Origin: Flectonema sp. DT1601
Lineage: Eukaryota
NCBI GenBank assembly: GCA_964019425.1
Contig: OZ025803.1
Coordinates: 124,001-188,000 of the forward strand
DNA: 64,000 nt
Reading direction: 5' to 3'
Within the stretch, counting starts at the first letter, position 1. Each line of letters starts with the position of its first letter. Below the pieces are notes generated by a model. The model was not told the DNA's origin and did not search any database. It was given only the letters and a program-made list of their open reading frames with translations. The translations under genes and the position numbers were made by a program. Positions 59,881-64,000 of the stretch are shown in pieces.

Positions 59881-62460
59881 AACTTCTGATGCTGCACTTA
59901 TTGGTCATCGAGGAAAGTTAGTGTACACAGTTCGAAATTGTTCGCCTTTTATTTCTCGTTTCAGGGAGAAAAATAGTGACTCGGAAGTGACATAATTCTG
60001 AAAAAAAAAAAATGAGATAGGAACAAAATGAGATAGCCACAAAACAAACAAACAAACGAATCGTTGTCGAAATGTGACTTTGTTGGCGCAATTAAGCCTT
60101 ACCCTGATGAGAACCTGATGATATTTTAGTCATCGGTTTGGTGGTGGCTTTAGTTCTCTACAATAACTGCGTTCAGGTCAGATAGTGCAACAGCATCGGA
60201 GCTATTAAAAGCAGAGTGACTTAAGGTAAGGTAAGGTAAGGTTTTTTTTTTTTTAAAATTTCTTTTTATAAATTTGGATAAAATAGTTATTGTGTGTTCT
60301 CTCTGTTTTTCCTCCCGTCCTACTTTTTCCCCCCCGCCCTCCGATATTTTATTTAAGTATTCCGTTATGGTTTGTGATATTATCAATTTGGTTGCGAGAC
60401 GGAAGAAAAAAAAAAAAAGAATTGGCAAATTTCACTTTTTTTTTTTTTTTTTTTTTACTTTTTTTACTCGCACCTTTGTTTTGTTTGTGCGCAACCCGGT
60501 ACAAAATCCTAATTAAGGAATAGGTTAGTTACGCTGCCACAATTTTCTTTATACCGCACAACGGGTTCTTAGGTACAAAAAAAAAAAAATATAAAAGAAA
60601 AGGGAAAAGATAAGCAAACACAGCTTTCTTTCATTAACTTTGTGTTACTTTATGCTACTTTATGCGTTTTTATTTATTTTATTTATTTTATTTTTAAATG
60701 CTCTCCTGCGTAGTTTCTCGTAATCTAATTACTTCGTTTTTGTTTCGTCCTCAAGAGGTTTAATATCCCACATGAATAGTGAGAGCATGTATGGCTTCTT
60801 TTTTTTTTTTTAAACTTCCTGACAAAAATCCATTTTCTCGTTTTTGGTATTAATAGTAACTAAATAACTTTTGGTTCTTTGGGGAGAACAATATGAATAT
60901 ACTGGTGTAGCAATGCTAATTATCCTCTTTTTTAATAAAACTTATGGTAATTCGTCGACGAGGAAGCTTATCGACGGATTTCTGCCAGCTATCTTATGGT
61001 TTGTTTTTCAGGTGACAGAAAAAATTTCACAGGGCTACTTTGAGAAGCCCTTTTTTTTTAATTTTTTTTTTTTTTTTTTTTATAAATGGTTCTCTCGTTG
61101 TTATTCAAGGGAGAAAAAAAAAAAAAAAAGGAATGAAAAAAAAAAAAAAAAAACAACGTGTTACACAATTGTTGGGTTCCCCCAACTGTCATTATAATTA
61201 AATTTTGTACCTTTTCGCTTCTTTTTACTTCAAAGGTTTTTTTTTTTTTCTCTTCTTTTTTTTCCCCCCCCCCTTTTTTCTTTTGGCTTAAGTCGGTTCT
61301 CTATTTCGCGTCATCCACAAAAAAAAGAAACATAAAAAAAAATCGAATGCGTTTACAAAAAATTATTTTTCCTTTTAACCCTTACAAACACCACCGTAAG
61401 AATGTCAGTTTATTAAAATTTTTACGACCCTAGTTTGAATGGGGGATGACATTTCTGAGGACATACTATGAGGAGGAGACGCAAGCACAATTGCCTGTTT
61501 TTTAGTATTCCCGACTTTAAAATTGGTGAAAACCAACTTCGAGACAATGACAGGGAACAGGAGGGACATTAGCACTTCCTGTGGGGTTTTAATTTCACGG
61601 CAATAAAAGTTTTTTAGTAACTCTGCGCGGTACCATGGCATGCAATCCCATCACGCAATAGGTCCTCCTGTGAATTTTACTAGGAATGTAAAAAAAGACT
61701 TAGACGAAAAAAAATACTTTTTTTAATACTTATCAACAGGGTTACCAGTTTTTCTCCCTGCCCACTTTTTTCCCTCCCTTTGAGCTTGAAAATACAGTAT
61801 CAAATTACCCCCCTCCAACTAACTGTTTATTATATGTCAGAACAGACTAAAGAGTGTCGCCCTGTGCGTGAGTAAGCAAACCTTTTGACTCTAACAGTTG
61901 ATCTGGTTTACGATTCCGGACAAGCTACGCATTAAAATTATTTTCCATACCCCTTGGGCGCTCACTCGGTTTTTACCATTTGCTTATTTCAATAAAAAAA
62001 CTGGAGACAAGAAGAGGAATGAACCAACGACAGCAACAACAGCAACATCAAAAGGTCTAAGTAACACTAAGAGTATTAATTAACCTGTTTTGGTGAGTGT
62101 GCAAGCACACTGAGTGAGGTTCCTTCCCCTTTCCCCCTTCAAGATATAATTCTAGTCCCCTGCATTAACGGTCAATACAACCCGATTTCAGCCTCGCAGT
62201 GAGGTTGCTTCATCGAGTTCTCTCCTGTAGTTCGAATTCACTTGCAGTCTTGCTAATATTGGTAATCAGGCTACATCCTGCAAAGACACACTTACGGTTT
62301 CTCGTTTTTCATTTGCTTTCTTTTTTCTATTTCTCCCACAACTAACAAGAACTATTTCAAGAAGAAAAAGAATAATATAGTTGGGAACATGTAGACACAC
62401 ATTCTGCTTAAGTGTCCTTCATAATAATTTTTGTATTGCAAGTCAGTGAGAGAATCGACG

Positions 62461-62491
<31 letters not shown>

Positions 62492-63065
62492 CTTCTTTCT
62501 TTCTGAAAATTTTTTTTTTATTACGAAAGTCACCTTCAATGTTAAAAAAGAAGGCAGTTGACCCTTTCCTCTCAAATGAAAAAAAAAAAAAGAAAAAGAA
62601 ATAGTCAGTATCGCTGTGGTATAACTAATTGTAGAGCCCATGACGAACTTCACACCCACGAAGATACTCAGATCCTTATAATTAATTATTATACTAAAGC
62701 AATCTGGTTAATGAAATTATTTTTCGAAAGTGCTACTGTATTTGTGGAGGAGTTGCTGTTGTCCTTATCTCATCATTTGAGAGGAAAAAAAAGAGGGATT
62801 TTCCCCACACCCAACCGTTTTTCTGCTTTTATTCTAATTGTTACTTTTCTTCATTCACAATTCGTGTTGTCGTTATGGATACGCATTATGATTTACTCTG
62901 AATGATATCTTTGTTGTAGGTTATAATTAATGTTCTATATTGACTCTTGGTGATAGATTCCCACTGGAGCTTCACGAATTGCAGTGGACGTTGAGCGTTT
63001 TCTTCTCACAATTAGTTTGTAATTAGTTTTTAATATTAAATTACACCACTCAGCACGACAACAAG

Positions 63066-64000
63066 ATGTTCAGCAATAAGCTGTTAGTACTACTCGCTGC
63101 GGGTAGTGCTGTAGCAGATTGGAACGCATATGAGAAAGAGGTAATCACCCATCATTCGATGGGTCCACCATTTATTCAGGACTGGTGGCAGGGAGGAATT
63201 CCTTATTGGGACTTTGGTGGAGACTCAGTAGTGACGGACAATTACGTGAGACTGACCCCTGATAAGCAGTCCAGAGACGGATGGCTTTGGAACGACGAGC
63301 AGAATGACATCCCTCAATGGGAAGCAACAATGGGATTTCGAATTCACGGAGTCAGGTCACCAGGTGCTGACGGTATCGCATTTTGGTACGTTGCTAACCC
63401 TGTGAAGACGGTAGGGTCTCTTTGGGGATCTCCTTCCAACTTTAACGGAATTGCCCTCATCTTTGACACATACGACAACGATAACAAACAAGACAACCCG
63501 AGTGTCACATTAATTTGGGTATACAATAATATTTTCTTTTTAAAACTAACAATCGGTGATTGTTGAGAACCACTTCACCCAAAACAAGGAAAACAAAAAA
63601 TACCAACAAACAGAATGACGGCAAGGCCAAGCGCTGGAACACCGACGAAGATTTACTCAGCGACGGGCTCGTTAGATGTGTTTATCAATTTAGAAATACC
63701 AACAGGAAAGATGTATGGAAGTTAACTATTTATTATCACGGTTAAGAATAATTAACAAACGTTAACAATAACAACACAATAAATACACAGGTCGTATACG
63801 CCAGGATCCAATACAGAAATAAAGTTGTTGAGGTTTGGATGAAGACAGGACAGACTGGTGCTGAGACGTACTGCGGATCATCAAGGGAATTGGAGCTTCC
63901 AACCGGATGGTACTTCGGTGTGACGGCAACTACTGGTCACCTCGCTGACAACCAAGACATCCATTCTTTTGTTATCACTCCAGCTGCTGGCGTTCACTTA
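63066..64000 (+). CDS. L-type (legume-like) lectin, VIP36/ERGIC-53 family; 3'-partial
   Basis: Signal peptide; VRLTPD, GADGIAFWY, FDTYDND and YFGVTATTGHLADNQDI motifs. Exons 63066-63518, 63614-63712 and 63791->64000 with GT-AG introns. Confidence 0.95.

Overview
AT-rich eukaryotic DNA with GT-AG introns and a eukaryotic LSU rRNA fragment; the host is a protist, possibly euglenozoan. Bases 1-36 kb form a nested transposon cluster. It holds an intact DD[D/E] transposon, two MULE/Mutator elements with 9-bp TSDs and disrupted transposases, two copies of a TIR element carrying a 28S rRNA fragment that includes the R2 target site, a TA-MITE and an RLE-type non-LTR fragment. It also holds several non-coding elements, labelled here XY, W, V and U. 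These insert as 5'-truncated partial head-to-tail tandems without clear TSDs. They share a covarying GC-CAAAA-GC hairpin near one end, and XY, V and U also share a covarying H-type pseudoknot motif that XY amplifies into ~130-bp satellite arrays. This non-coding, probably RNA-mobilised group (Penelope/retrozyme-like by architecture) is the most novel-looking system here. Bases 37-52.6 kb are four near-identical 3.9-kb tandem units encoding a polyQ membrane protein. The rest holds a Polinton-type PolB remnant, a hypothetical gene, a tubulin-like pseudogene and an L-type lectin gene. All calls are by eye; no searches were run.
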